Part shown: positions 9,873 to 18,277 of the stretch, piece after piece | Numbering within the stretch: position 1 is the stretch's first letter | How the letters are laid out: every line of letters starts with the position of its first letter | From: Propionibacteriales bacterium | Lineage (GTDB): Bacteria; Actinomycetota; Actinomycetes; Propionibacteriales; Propionibacteriaceae | Direction: 5' to 3' | Assembly (NCBI GenBank): GCA_038257965.1 | Contig: JBBSQJ010000002.1 | Location: 1,188 to 65,187 of the forward strand | DNA: 64,000 nt | Translations under genes and position numbers: made by a program | The notes under the pieces: model-generated | Told to the model about the DNA's origin: nothing | Database searches by the model: none | Seen by the model: only the letters and a program-made list of their open reading frames with translations

Positions 9873-10628
9873 GTGAACCGCCATCAGTTCTTGCAGGAGC
9901 TCCACCGGCTCACGTTGCCGCGCAGCTACCTGGAGATCGGCATGAACAAGGGCCTCAGCCTGGGGATCTCTCGGGTTCCGAGCATCGGCATCGACCCCTC
10001 GTTCTCGCTGGTCTCGGAGGTGCTCGCCGACGTCCACATCGCCCGCACCACCAGCGACGAGTTCTTCGCTCGCCGAGACCCGACCGCTCACCTACCGATC
10101 AGGACCGTCGACCTCGCCTTCATCGACGGGATGCACCTGGCTGAGTACGCGCTGCGCGACTACCTCGCGGTCGAGCGATTCACCGAGCCGACCAGCGTGA
10201 TCGTCCTCGACGACATGCTTCCCAGAAACGTCGAGGAGGCGTCGCGGGAACGGCACACCGAAGCATGGACCGGCGACGTCTACAAGGCGGGCCGGCTGCT
10301 GCGCGATCAGTGCCCCGAACTCGTGGTGCTCGAAGTCGACACCGAGCCGACCGGGGTCGTCGTTGTCCTGGCCCCGAACGCGGCGCGTCGCGGGGTTCTC
10401 GCTGCCTACGATGACTGGTTGGAGGTGGCTGTCGCACCCGATCCGCAGGACGTGCCATCCGAGATCTTGCTGCGTACTCGGGCCTTGGACCCCGTCCGAT
10501 TGCTGGCGAGCCCCGGCTGGACCCAGCTGCCGCGGTTGCGGCGCCGCTCGCGGCACGCACGCGATCGAGTCCGCGAAGCCTTCGCCGATGTCATCGGCGA
10601 TGTCCGGCATCCGAGTGGGGAGACTTGA
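9873..10628 (+). CDS. Class I SAM-dependent methyltransferase (Methyltransf_24-like)
   Basis: YLEIG..G.S, DLAFIDGMH, IVLDD, WTGDVYK. Confidence 0.88.
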   Translation: MNRHQFLQELHRLTLPRSYLEIGMNKGLSLGISRVPSIGIDPSFSLVSEVLADVHIARTTSDEFFARRDPTAHLPIRTVDLAFIDGMHLAEYALRDYLAVERFTEPTSVIVLDDMLPRNVEEASRERHTEAWTGDVYKAGRLLRDQCPELVVLEVDTEPTGVVVVLAPNAARRGVLAAYDDWLEVAVAPDPQDVPSEILLRTRALDPVRLLASPGWTQLPRLRRRSRHARDRVREAFADVIGDVRHPSGET

Positions 10629-11134
10629 TGGGCAACTCGTTGCCTCCACCGGCCGGGTTCGACCTCGTCGGGAGCTTTGCCCGCCGGCGCGGCACCGACG
10701 TCGAGATCATCCTGGCGCGGCCCGGGACCGCCCTCGCCCGGTCGATCGAGCTGAGGCTCACCAAGGGCTCACGCTCGGCGACCGGGACCGCAGTCCTGAC
10801 CGAAAAGGCAGGAGAACCGCGACTGGAGATCCGGATCGAGCGCAACGCCTTGAGCAACGGCAGCTGGCGCTTACGCGCTCGCGACGAATCCCGCTCGACC
10901 AAGAAGGTGCCCGCTCGGTTGCTGGTTCAAGGCGATAGACCGCTCGTCCTGCTCTGGGGCTCGGACGACCCAGTTTCGCTGATCCCTGTCCGGCGGTATC
11001 GGGTGGGCACCCGTCAATGGGCGGCGGGCAAGCTCGGTTCGATGCTCGATGCGGCGCTGCGAATTGCCCCGGACGCGCGCGCGGCCAGGATCCGCGCCGC
11101 GATCCGCCGGACCGCCCGACGAGCGCTTCGGTAG
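10628..11134 (+). CDS. Hypothetical protein coupled to the methyltransferase
   Basis: TGATG stop/start overlap at 10626-10630. Confidence 0.6.
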   Translation: MGNSLPPPAGFDLVGSFARRRGTDVEIILARPGTALARSIELRLTKGSRSATGTAVLTEKAGEPRLEIRIERNALSNGSWRLRARDESRSTKKVPARLLVQGDRPLVLLWGSDDPVSLIPVRRYRVGTRQWAAGKLGSMLDAALRIAPDARAARIRAAIRRTARRALR

Positions 11135-11234
11135 CGTGACCCGATCGCCGTCGAGCAGCCGTGCCGGCGTCGATGCGGCTGCGTACACGATCGGGCGACC
11201 AAGCGGACACCACGTGCTCGCGCGGTGTGATTGG

Positions 11235-11546
11235 TCAGGTCTCGATCGGGCGTCCCTCGTCGAGCCAGGCGTGTATTCCACCGTCGAGATTGACCGCGTC
11301 GCGTCCCTGACCGGTCAGGTACGCAGCGACCCGGGCGGAGCGGGCGCCCACCGCGCAGACACAGACCACCGGGTCGTCGATCTCGTCGAGGCGCGCGACG
11401 ACTTCGTGCATGGGGATGTGGGTCGAGCCCGGGATCCGGCCGGTCGCCCACTCGTCGTGCTCGCGCACGTCGAGGATCATCCACCCCTCGGCGCGGCGCG
11501 ACTCGAGGTCGGCGGGGGCGATGACGGGTACAGATTGGCCGAACAC
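11235..11546 (-). CDS. Rhodanese-like domain protein
   Basis: LDVRE..EW..GRIPG, CAVGARS, NLDGGI.AW; GGAGG before GTG 11546. Confidence 0.9.
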   Translation of the reverse strand: MFGQSVPVIAPADLESRRAEGWMILDVREHDEWATGRIPGSTHIPMHEVVARLDEIDDPVVCVCAVGARSARVAAYLTGQGRDAVNLDGGIHAWLDEGRPIET

Positions 11547-11575
11547 ACCTCCGAGGGTAGTGCGCCGCCCGATAG

Positions 11576-11647
11576 CCCAGGAGCCTGCCAGTCCCAGAAC
11601 CTGCCAGTCCCAGAACCTGATAGTCCTAGAGCCTGCGAGTCCTAGAA
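11576..11647. repeat. ~4.5 tandem copies of a 16-bp unit (CCYAGARCCTGNNAGT)
   Basis: cccaggagcctgccagt/cccagaacctgccagt/cccagaacctgatagt/cctagagcctgcgagt/cctagaa. Confidence 0.9.
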
Positions 11648-11733
11648 ATCGTCGACCCCAATTTCGCCAACCGACTGGGGAATCAGCCATGCCGCTTCAC
11701 AGCTACCGTCAGCGTCGACTCAAGGTCTCGACC

Positions 11734-14466
11734 ATGGCCGCGATGGCCAATCCGTCGTCGCAGCGCTTGGACGTCTGGCACCTGCTCGACGACGCCACCC
11801 AGCAGCTCGCCGCGGTGCACCGCGGCGGGCTGAACACCGTGGTCGAGGAGGGCCGGGTGCGCCGGCAGCTGGATCGACTGGCGGCGTACGAGAGGTACTG
11901 GCTGTATCCGGGAGAGGCACGACTGGCTCGGCTGCGAGACCACCTGGACGACATGGACACCGCGGAGTTGGCGGAACAGACCAACCTGGCGGCCCGCCTG
12001 CTCGAGGAGTACGGCGACCGGGCGGCACTGTTCGACGACGGTGCACCGTTGGAGGAGCAGGAATTGGTCGCGCGGGCCTCGCAGCAGCAGTTCTACACCG
12101 TGCTCTTGGCCGACGACTCGCTGGTGACCTCGCCCGACGGCCTGGCCGGCTCGCTGCGCGCGCTGCGCCGCACCTCCGATGAGGTGCAGTACGAGATCTT
12201 GCGGGTGACGAGCGTGGAGGACGCGATCACCGCGGTCGCGCTGAACGGTGAGATCCAGGCGGCGATCATCCGGCACGACCTGTCGCTGAGGTCGCGTGAT
12301 CGGTTGCCGATCATGACCCGACTGCTCGGGGTCGAGTCGATCGATGTGGCGACCGACCGGACCTACGACTGGGTGGAGTGCGGGCAGTGGATCCGTGAGC
12401 TGCGACCGCGGATCGACCTGTACCTGTTGACGGATGAGTCGATCGTGGCCGGGGCGGAGGAGGCGCCGGGGGTCTTCGACCGGACGTTCTACCGGCTCAA
12501 CGACGTCACGGATCTGCACTCCACGGTGCTGGCGGGGATTCGTGAGCGCTTCCGGACGCCGTTCTTCGACGCGCTGCGGGCGTACGCCGAGTCGCCGGTC
12601 GGGCAGTTTCATGCGCTGCCGGTGGCCCGGGGTGCGAGCATCTTCAACTCGCGGTCGTTGCAGGACATGGGGGAGTTCTACGGCCGCAACATCTTCATGG
12701 CCGAGACCTCGTCGACTTCCGGCGGGTTGGACTCCCTGCTGGATCCGCACGGAGCGCTGCGCGAGGCCATGGAGAAGGCGGCCGCCACCTGGAACAGCAA
12801 CTCCACGCACTATGTCACCAACGGCACGTCGACGGCGAACAAGATCGTGGTGCAGTCGTTGACGAGGCCGGGCGACATCGTGTTGATCGACCGGAACTGT
12901 CACAAGTCACACCATTACGGGCTGGTGCTGGCGGGCGCGAACCCGGTGTATCTGGACGCGTATCCCTTGCAGGACTACTCGATCTACGGTGCGGTGCCGT
13001 TGCAGACGATCAAGCAGACCTTGCTCGACCTCGAGGCGGACGGCCGTCTGGACAAGGTACGGATGCTGCTCCTCACCAACTGCACGTTCGACGGGGTCGT
13101 CTACAACGCGCAGCGGGTGATGGAGGAGGTGCTGGCCATCAAGCCGGACATCTGCTTCCTCTGGGACGAGGCTTGGTACGCATTCGCCATCGCCGTGCCT
13201 TGGGTGCGGCAACGCACCGCGATGGTCGCAGCCGAACGACTGGAGGACAAGCTGGACAGCCCGGCCTATGCCGCGGAGTACGCCCGCTGGACGGCGGAGA
13301 TGGCCGACGTGGATCGCAGTGACTGGGCCCGGCACCGGTTGCTGCCGGATCCGACGAGGGCGCGGGTGCGGGTCTACTCGACCCACTCCACGCACAAGTC
13401 GCTGTCCGCGCTGCGGCAGGCCTCGATGATCCACATCCGCGACGCGGACTTCAACAAGCAGTCCAGGGAGGCGTTCGGCGAGGCGTTTCTCACCCACACG
13501 TCGACGTCGCCCAATCAGCAACTGATGGCGTCGTTGGACCTGGCCCGTCGGCAGGTGGACATCGAAGGCTTTTCGATGGTCCGTTCGGCATACAAGATGG
13601 CGTTGGCCTTCCGACAGCGGGTCCGGGCGGACCGGTTGATCAGCAAGTGGTTCACGATCTTGGACGAGTCCGACCTGGTCCCGGAGGAGTATCGCCGGTC
13701 AGCGTGCGCGTCCACCGCTGAGCAAGGCAGGGGAGGCCAGGTCGATCGGTGGAACGAGTCCTGGCAGCACGACGAGTTCGTGCTCGATCCGACCCGGGTC
13801 ACGCTCTACATCGGCAACACGGGTCTGAACGGATACGAGTTCCGCGAGGACGTCTTGATGGGTCGATTCGGGATCCAGATCAACAAGACCTCGATCAACA
13901 GCGTCTTGTTGATCTTCACCATCGGTGTGACCTGGTCATCGGTCCACTTCCTGCTGGAGGCGCTTCGGCGGACCGCTCAAGACCTCGAACGTGAACGGGC
14001 CGCGGCGAGCCGGGCGGAACGTCGACTGCAGAACAGCAAGATCCGCGCGCTCACCACGGGGCTGCCGGCCCTGCCGGACTTCAGTGACTTCGATCCCGCA
14101 TTCCGCTCGACCCCGACCTCACCCGACGGCGACGTCAGGACCGCGTTCTACGCCGGCTATCACGATGCCGACAAGGAGTACGTCGCGCTGGGCGAGGCCA
14201 CCGGCCTGCTGCGCCAAGGGCGCCGACTGGTGTCCAGTACCTTCGTCGTGCCCTATCCGCCGGGCTTCCCTGTCCTGGTTCCGGGCCAGACCATCTCCGA
14301 AGCGATCATCGAGTTCTTGATCAAGCTCGACGTGAAGGAGATCCACGGCTACCGTCCCGAGCTCGGGTTGTCGGTGTTCACCGACGATGCGTTGACGCGG
14401 CTGGACTCGGTTCGTCGGAAGCTCGGTGAGGTGGCTGACCTGGTCGAGCAGGTCGAGGACGACTAG
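11734..14466 (+). CDS. PLP-dependent Orn/Lys/Arg decarboxylase (fold type I, Rv2531c-like)
   Basis: VTNGTSTANK, DRNCHKSH, TFDG, WDEAW, HSTHKSL (PLP Lys), PYPPGFP; start uncertain (11734/11743). Confidence 0.92.
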   Translation: MAAMANPSSQRLDVWHLLDDATQQLAAVHRGGLNTVVEEGRVRRQLDRLAAYERYWLYPGEARLARLRDHLDDMDTAELAEQTNLAARLLEEYGDRAALFDDGAPLEEQELVARASQQQFYTVLLADDSLVTSPDGLAGSLRALRRTSDEVQYEILRVTSVEDAITAVALNGEIQAAIIRHDLSLRSRDRLPIMTRLLGVESIDVATDRTYDWVECGQWIRELRPRIDLYLLTDESIVAGAEEAPGVFDRTFYRLNDVTDLHSTVLAGIRERFRTPFFDALRAYAESPVGQFHALPVARGASIFNSRSLQDMGEFYGRNIFMAETSSTSGGLDSLLDPHGALREAMEKAAATWNSNSTHYVTNGTSTANKIVVQSLTRPGDIVLIDRNCHKSHHYGLVLAGANPVYLDAYPLQDYSIYGAVPLQTIKQTLLDLEADGRLDKVRMLLLTNCTFDGVVYNAQRVMEEVLAIKPDICFLWDEAWYAFAIAVPWVRQRTAMVAAERLEDKLDSPAYAAEYARWTAEMADVDRSDWARHRLLPDPTRARVRVYSTHSTHKSLSALRQASMIHIRDADFNKQSREAFGEAFLTHTSTSPNQQLMASLDLARRQVDIEGFSMVRSAYKMALAFRQRVRADRLISKWFTILDESDLVPEEYRRSACASTAEQGRGGQVDRWNESWQHDEFVLDPTRVTLYIGNTGLNGYEFREDVLMGRFGIQINKTSINSVLLIFTIGVTWSSVHFLLEALRRTAQDLERERAAASRAERRLQNSKIRALTTGLPALPDFSDFDPAFRSTPTSPDGDVRTAFYAGYHDADKEYVALGEATGLLRQGRRLVSSTFVVPYPPGFPVLVPGQTISEAIIEFLIKLDVKEIHGYRPELGLSVFTDDALTRLDSVRRKLGEVADLVEQVEDD

Positions 14467-14522
14467 CACAGCAGTCAGGGTCTGCGCGATCCCGGCTTTG
14501 CTCCTCGTTCCTCGAGCCGAAC

Positions 14523-14876
14523 ATGCGCGCGAAGCAGCGGAGGTGGTACGGGCCGGCCACGGCCGCGGAATCGACGCTCTGGTCGATCCGGCCCCACCAT
14601 CGGCTCATCATCGAGGCGGGCGGGCGGGACCCGATCTTCCCGATTGCCGCCGCCCGGGCGGCGCACATGGACCTCGTCGGTCTTTGGAACGCACTCGGCA
14701 CCGTCGAGAACGAATCGCCGGCTGTCGACGTACGGGCTCCCGAGCTGATCGTCACCGACGCGGGACACCAGTTCCTGGCCGACCCTGCGATCTCGACCCT
14801 GACCACGTACTTCGACGACTTGTCGCAGTCCCCATCCACCGAGACCGCTTGCTCGCCTGATCGGGCGAATCCCTGA
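14523..14876 (+). pseudogene. Possible C-terminal remnant of an alpha/beta hydrolase
   Basis: LIIEAGGRDPIFPI (Asp-like) and AGHQF (His-like) segments; no nucleophile motif. Confidence 0.3.
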
Positions 14877-14902
14877 CGTCTGCTGGTCGTATCGTGTCGG
14901 GC

Positions 14903-15322
14903 ATGGTGATCTCGTCGGAGGACGTACCGACCCTGCTGAGCGGGAAGGCGCTCGGTCCGTTCGCGGAGTTCCTCGGGCTCGAGGTGACGTCCTCGACACC
15001 CGAGGAGGTGCAGGCACGGTGGACGGTGACGGAGGCGCTGCTGCAGCCGTACGGGCTGCTGCACGGCGGCGCGCACTGCGCCGTCGTGGAGACGCTCGCC
15101 AGTCTCGCCGCTTCGCTGTGGCTCGGAGCCGATGGCCGCGTGGTCGGCACCACCAACAGCACCGACTTCTACCGGGCCACCCGCTCCGGCGACCGGCTCA
15201 CCTCGATCGCCCGGCCCTTGCACCGCGGCCGCTCCCGTCAAGTCTGGCGAGTGGAGACGTACGACGATCAGGAACGTCTGGTCTCCGCAGGCCAGGTCTC
15301 CATCCAGAACCTCACCGGATGA
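14903..15322 (+). CDS. PaaI-family thioesterase
   Basis: QPYGLLHGG..CAVVETLAS, HRGRS.QVW hotdog-fold motifs. Confidence 0.9.
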   Translation: MVISSEDVPTLLSGKALGPFAEFLGLEVTSSTPEEVQARWTVTEALLQPYGLLHGGAHCAVVETLASLAASLWLGADGRVVGTTNSTDFYRATRSGDRLTSIARPLHRGRSRQVWRVETYDDQERLVSAGQVSIQNLTG

Positions 15323-15335
15323 CCCGGGTTCCTGG

Positions 15336-16341
15336 CTAATGGCCGGAGCTCAGCGAGACTTCGCTGCTGAGCGGCAGCACTGAACCGCGCCGCCGGGAGT
15401 GGCCGGCGGGCACGATCATCACCGTACAGCGCGAATTCGCTAGGCAGTGCCGCGCGACCCCGCCGAGCGCGAGAGTGGGCACGCGATTGCTGCTGTGCCG
15501 TCCGACCACGAGAAGCTCGGCATCGGCGGCCACCGCATCGAGAACCTGCTGCGGTACACCGATGATCAGCTCACGCCGCACGATGACGTCGGGGTAGGCG
15601 CTGCCGAAGCCGGCCAGGGCCGTGGCCAGCTCGAGCTCGGCCTGCGTCTGCTTCGCGGCGATCTCGTCTGGATCGGCTGGGACATAACTGAAGGCGGCGG
15701 TCGGTCCGGAGAACTGCCAGGCGTGTGCTGCGATCAGGGATGTCCGGCGACGCGAGGCCTCGGCGAACGCCGTCTCGACCGCGACGCTGGCATGGCCGCG
15801 GTTGTCCACTCCGACGACCACGCCGTGTCGCCCGAGGCTGTCTTCATGATCATCGCGGAGGACGATCACCGGACACTGCGCCTCGGCGGCGACTCGCGAT
15901 GTGGTAGATCCGGTGTGCCAACGTTGCAGGGCACCGATGGTGCGCCGCTGGAGCACGATCACGCTGGTCCGTCCCGATAGGTCGAGCAGGGTGTCCACAC
16001 CGGTGCCGTCGCCGAGCCGGACCTCGATCGGTCGCGCCGGATCGAGGTGGTGCCGCAGGACACTCGCCGCGGCTGCCAGGCGCTCGACCGCCACCTTCTC
16101 CCGTTCGACGGCGGACTCCTCGGAGTGCAACGACGTAATCGTGGGTCAACGGCTGAGCGCCGTGCGCGACCACGATGCTGACGTGGCGCCGATTGGCCTC
16201 GGCCGCAGCGAACCGGACGGCCGCCATCTGGTGCTCGACCGGTCGTTCGTCCAGCCCGAGCACCACCGGCCCGCGCCACTGGTCACGCAGACTGCCCTCC
16301 GGAGCCGGATTCGTCGCGTACGTCTCGTGGTTCATGATCAA
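15336..16341 (-). pseudogene. Tandem-domain universal stress protein, frameshifted near 16140
   Basis: N-part PVVLGLD..AVRFAAAEA..IVVAH in ORF 15850..16341; C-part VVVGVD, LLVVGRH..LGGVARHCL in ORF 15336..16130. Confidence 0.8.
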
Positions 16342-16392
16342 CCTCCAGCCGGGTCGTCCGTCCAGGCTCTCGCGTCAGGAGGCTTGGTGGTA

Positions 16393-16428
16393 GCGACGGA
16401 CGTCCCCGGCGATCAGGACCTTGTGCCC
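16393..16428. promoter_or_regulatory. Two DosR/DevR-box-like sites upstream of the USP
   Basis: GCGACGGACGTCCC (16393) and AGGACCTTGTGCCC (16415) resemble GGGACN4GTCCC. Confidence 0.6.
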
Positions 16429-16617
16429 GCCGGGGGGATCAGTTCGTACGCCCGATGGGCCTCCTCCGCCGGGCAAGCCAGGAGCTCGATCGTGGCATCG
16501 CGGCAGAGGCGTACCACTTGGCGCACCAGCGGGTAACCGTGCTGATCGGCGCCGATGCGCCAAGTGACCCGTGGATGCGCGGAGTGGAACCGGGGGCCGC
16601 CGACGGCTTGTCAGGGG

Positions 16618-16705
16618 TGGCGGAGGATGCGGGATTCGAACCCGCGAGGGCGTGAACCCAACCCGCTTTCCAAGCGAGCGCCATAGGCCTCTAGGCGAAT
16701 CCTCC
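16618..16705 (-). tRNA. tRNA-Ser(GGA)
   Basis: GGAGGATTCGCCTAG...CTTGGAAAG...long variable arm...GGTTCGAATCCC...TCCTCCGCCA. Confidence 0.97.
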
Positions 16706-16923
16706 GCGCGGAACCTTACCGGCAAGCTCCGGCGTGGGGCGAATCCATGCGTTGGCGAGGGACCGCACGTGCAGCGAGAGCTTGATCCTGGGTCACGTTC
16801 GCCACACCCGCGAGTCGGAGCCCGGCTTTGCCGCGACGACGTCATATGGTGGCGAATCCGGTCCGGGCCGCAGGCCCGGGTCGGACGTACACGACAAAGC
16901 ACTCACTGGGAAGCAGCACATTC

Positions 16924-17202
16924 ATGGCTCTGCGTATCACTACTCAAGGCACCCGCACGAAGATCCAGTTCGTCCTGCCCGACGACGCCATCGAGGGTCC
17001 CGTGTCGGCCGTTGGCACGTTCAACAACTGGAAGCCGGGCGCCCACAAGCTCGTCAAGCGCAGCAACGGAACCCGGAGCGTCAGTGTCGCGGTGCCGGCC
17101 GGAGAGAAGGTTGCGTTCCGCTACCTCGGCGCCGGCGGCGTCTGGTTCGACGACGCCGACGCCCACCTGATCACGCCCGAGGGATCGCTCGTCCAGGCCT
17201 GA
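16924..17202 (+). CDS. Isoamylase early-set (CBM48-like) domain protein
   Basis: VSAVGTFNNW.PG, FRYLG.GG.WFDD. Confidence 0.85.
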   Translation: MALRITTQGTRTKIQFVLPDDAIEGPVSAVGTFNNWKPGAHKLVKRSNGTRSVSVAVPAGEKVAFRYLGAGGVWFDDADAHLITPEGSLVQA

Positions 17203-17245
17203 AGTCTGGGTTGGATGCCCCGAGGGATCCCGTACACTGGGCGCC

Positions 17246-17333
17246 GGTCCCTCGCGTGGCGATACCTCACCCAACTCCCCCAGGGCTTGACGGCAGCAAG
17301 GGTAAGTGAGCTCTTTCGGGTGCGCGAGGGACC
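17246..17333 (+). ncRNA. ffs: Signal recognition particle 4.5S RNA
   Basis: GGTCCCTCGCG...CGCGAGGGACC terminal stem; AACTCCCCCAGG-GCT-TGAC-GGC-AGCA helix 8; TTGGAT/TACACT promoter upstream; usual position between tRNA-Ser and dnaX. Confidence 0.92.
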
Positions 17334-17371
17334 TCTAGCTCCGGAGGATCTGGTTCCTTCCGAGGATCGGG

Positions 17372-18202
17372 TCAGGTCTCGGTGCGGCGAAGGCCGAGCC
17401 GGCTCATCAGTCCCATCGCGTCGTACGGCGCACGAACCTTGGCGTCGTTGTCGCAGTAGACGTACACGTCCTGCCCGGACCCGCTCCATCCGCTGATCCG
17501 GTCCGCCCATCGGTCCAGGGCCGAGTCGGTGTAGCCGCTGGCGTACAGCTCGGTGTCTCCGTGCAACCGGACGTAACGAAAGTCCGTGGTCGTCTCGTCC
17601 ATGATCGGCCACTGGCCCGGATTGTCGGCGAGCACGAGGCCGATCTCGTGACGCGCGAGGAGATCGACCAGTGCCGGGGTCCGGAAGCTGGCGTGCCGGA
17701 CCTCGATCGCGTGCCGCAGCGGATGGTCGTGGTGCGCCGCCACGACGAGTTCGCGGTCGGCGGTGATGCGTTGGTCGTGCTGCGTGGCCAGTTCGGCCGC
17801 GTCACCGAGGTCGCGCGGTAGCAGGGTGAAGAACTCCTCGAGCCGCCCGGGATCGAAACCGAGATTTGGCGGAAGCTGCCACAGCAACGGTCCGAGCTTG
17901 CGATCCAGCGCGAGCACACCGGACGCGAAGAAGTTGGCCAGCGGGATGCGTACGTCGCCGAGCTTCTTCAGATGGGTGATGAACCGGCTCCCCTTGACCG
18001 CGAAGAGGAAGTCGTCGGGGGTCTGCGCGACCCATCCGGCGAAAGCGCCGGGACGCTGCAGACCGTAGAACGTGCCGTTGACTTCGATCGAGTTGAAGGT
18101 CGAGGCGGCGAACGCGAGCTCGCGGCGATGCGGCAGCTTCGCCGGATAGAACACCCCCCGCCACGGTGGGTAGGTCCACCCGGAGATCCCGACTCGGATC
18201 AT
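17372..18202 (-). CDS. DUF72 domain protein
   Basis: GISGW.Y..W, EVNGTFY, VKGSRFITH, LWQLPP, YVRLHG, DND. Confidence 0.92.
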   Translation of the reverse strand: MIRVGISGWTYPPWRGVFYPAKLPHRRELAFAASTFNSIEVNGTFYGLQRPGAFAGWVAQTPDDFLFAVKGSRFITHLKKLGDVRIPLANFFASGVLALDRKLGPLLWQLPPNLGFDPGRLEEFFTLLPRDLGDAAELATQHDQRITADRELVVAAHHDHPLRHAIEVRHASFRTPALVDLLARHEIGLVLADNPGQWPIMDETTTDFRYVRLHGDTELYASGYTDSALDRWADRISGWSGSGQDVYVYCDNDAKVRAPYDAMGLMSRLGLRRTET

Positions 18203-18277
18203 CGGCCGAGCCTATCGCCGGCCGGGATCTTCGATCGCTCGCGGCAGTTGTCGGAGGCAGGGCATAAGGTGCGTCGG

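Noticed and set aside
16857-16885. Riboswitch upstream of the isoamylase early-set gene
   Set aside because: Only one GC-rich hairpin is evident; no recognisable aptamer consensus.
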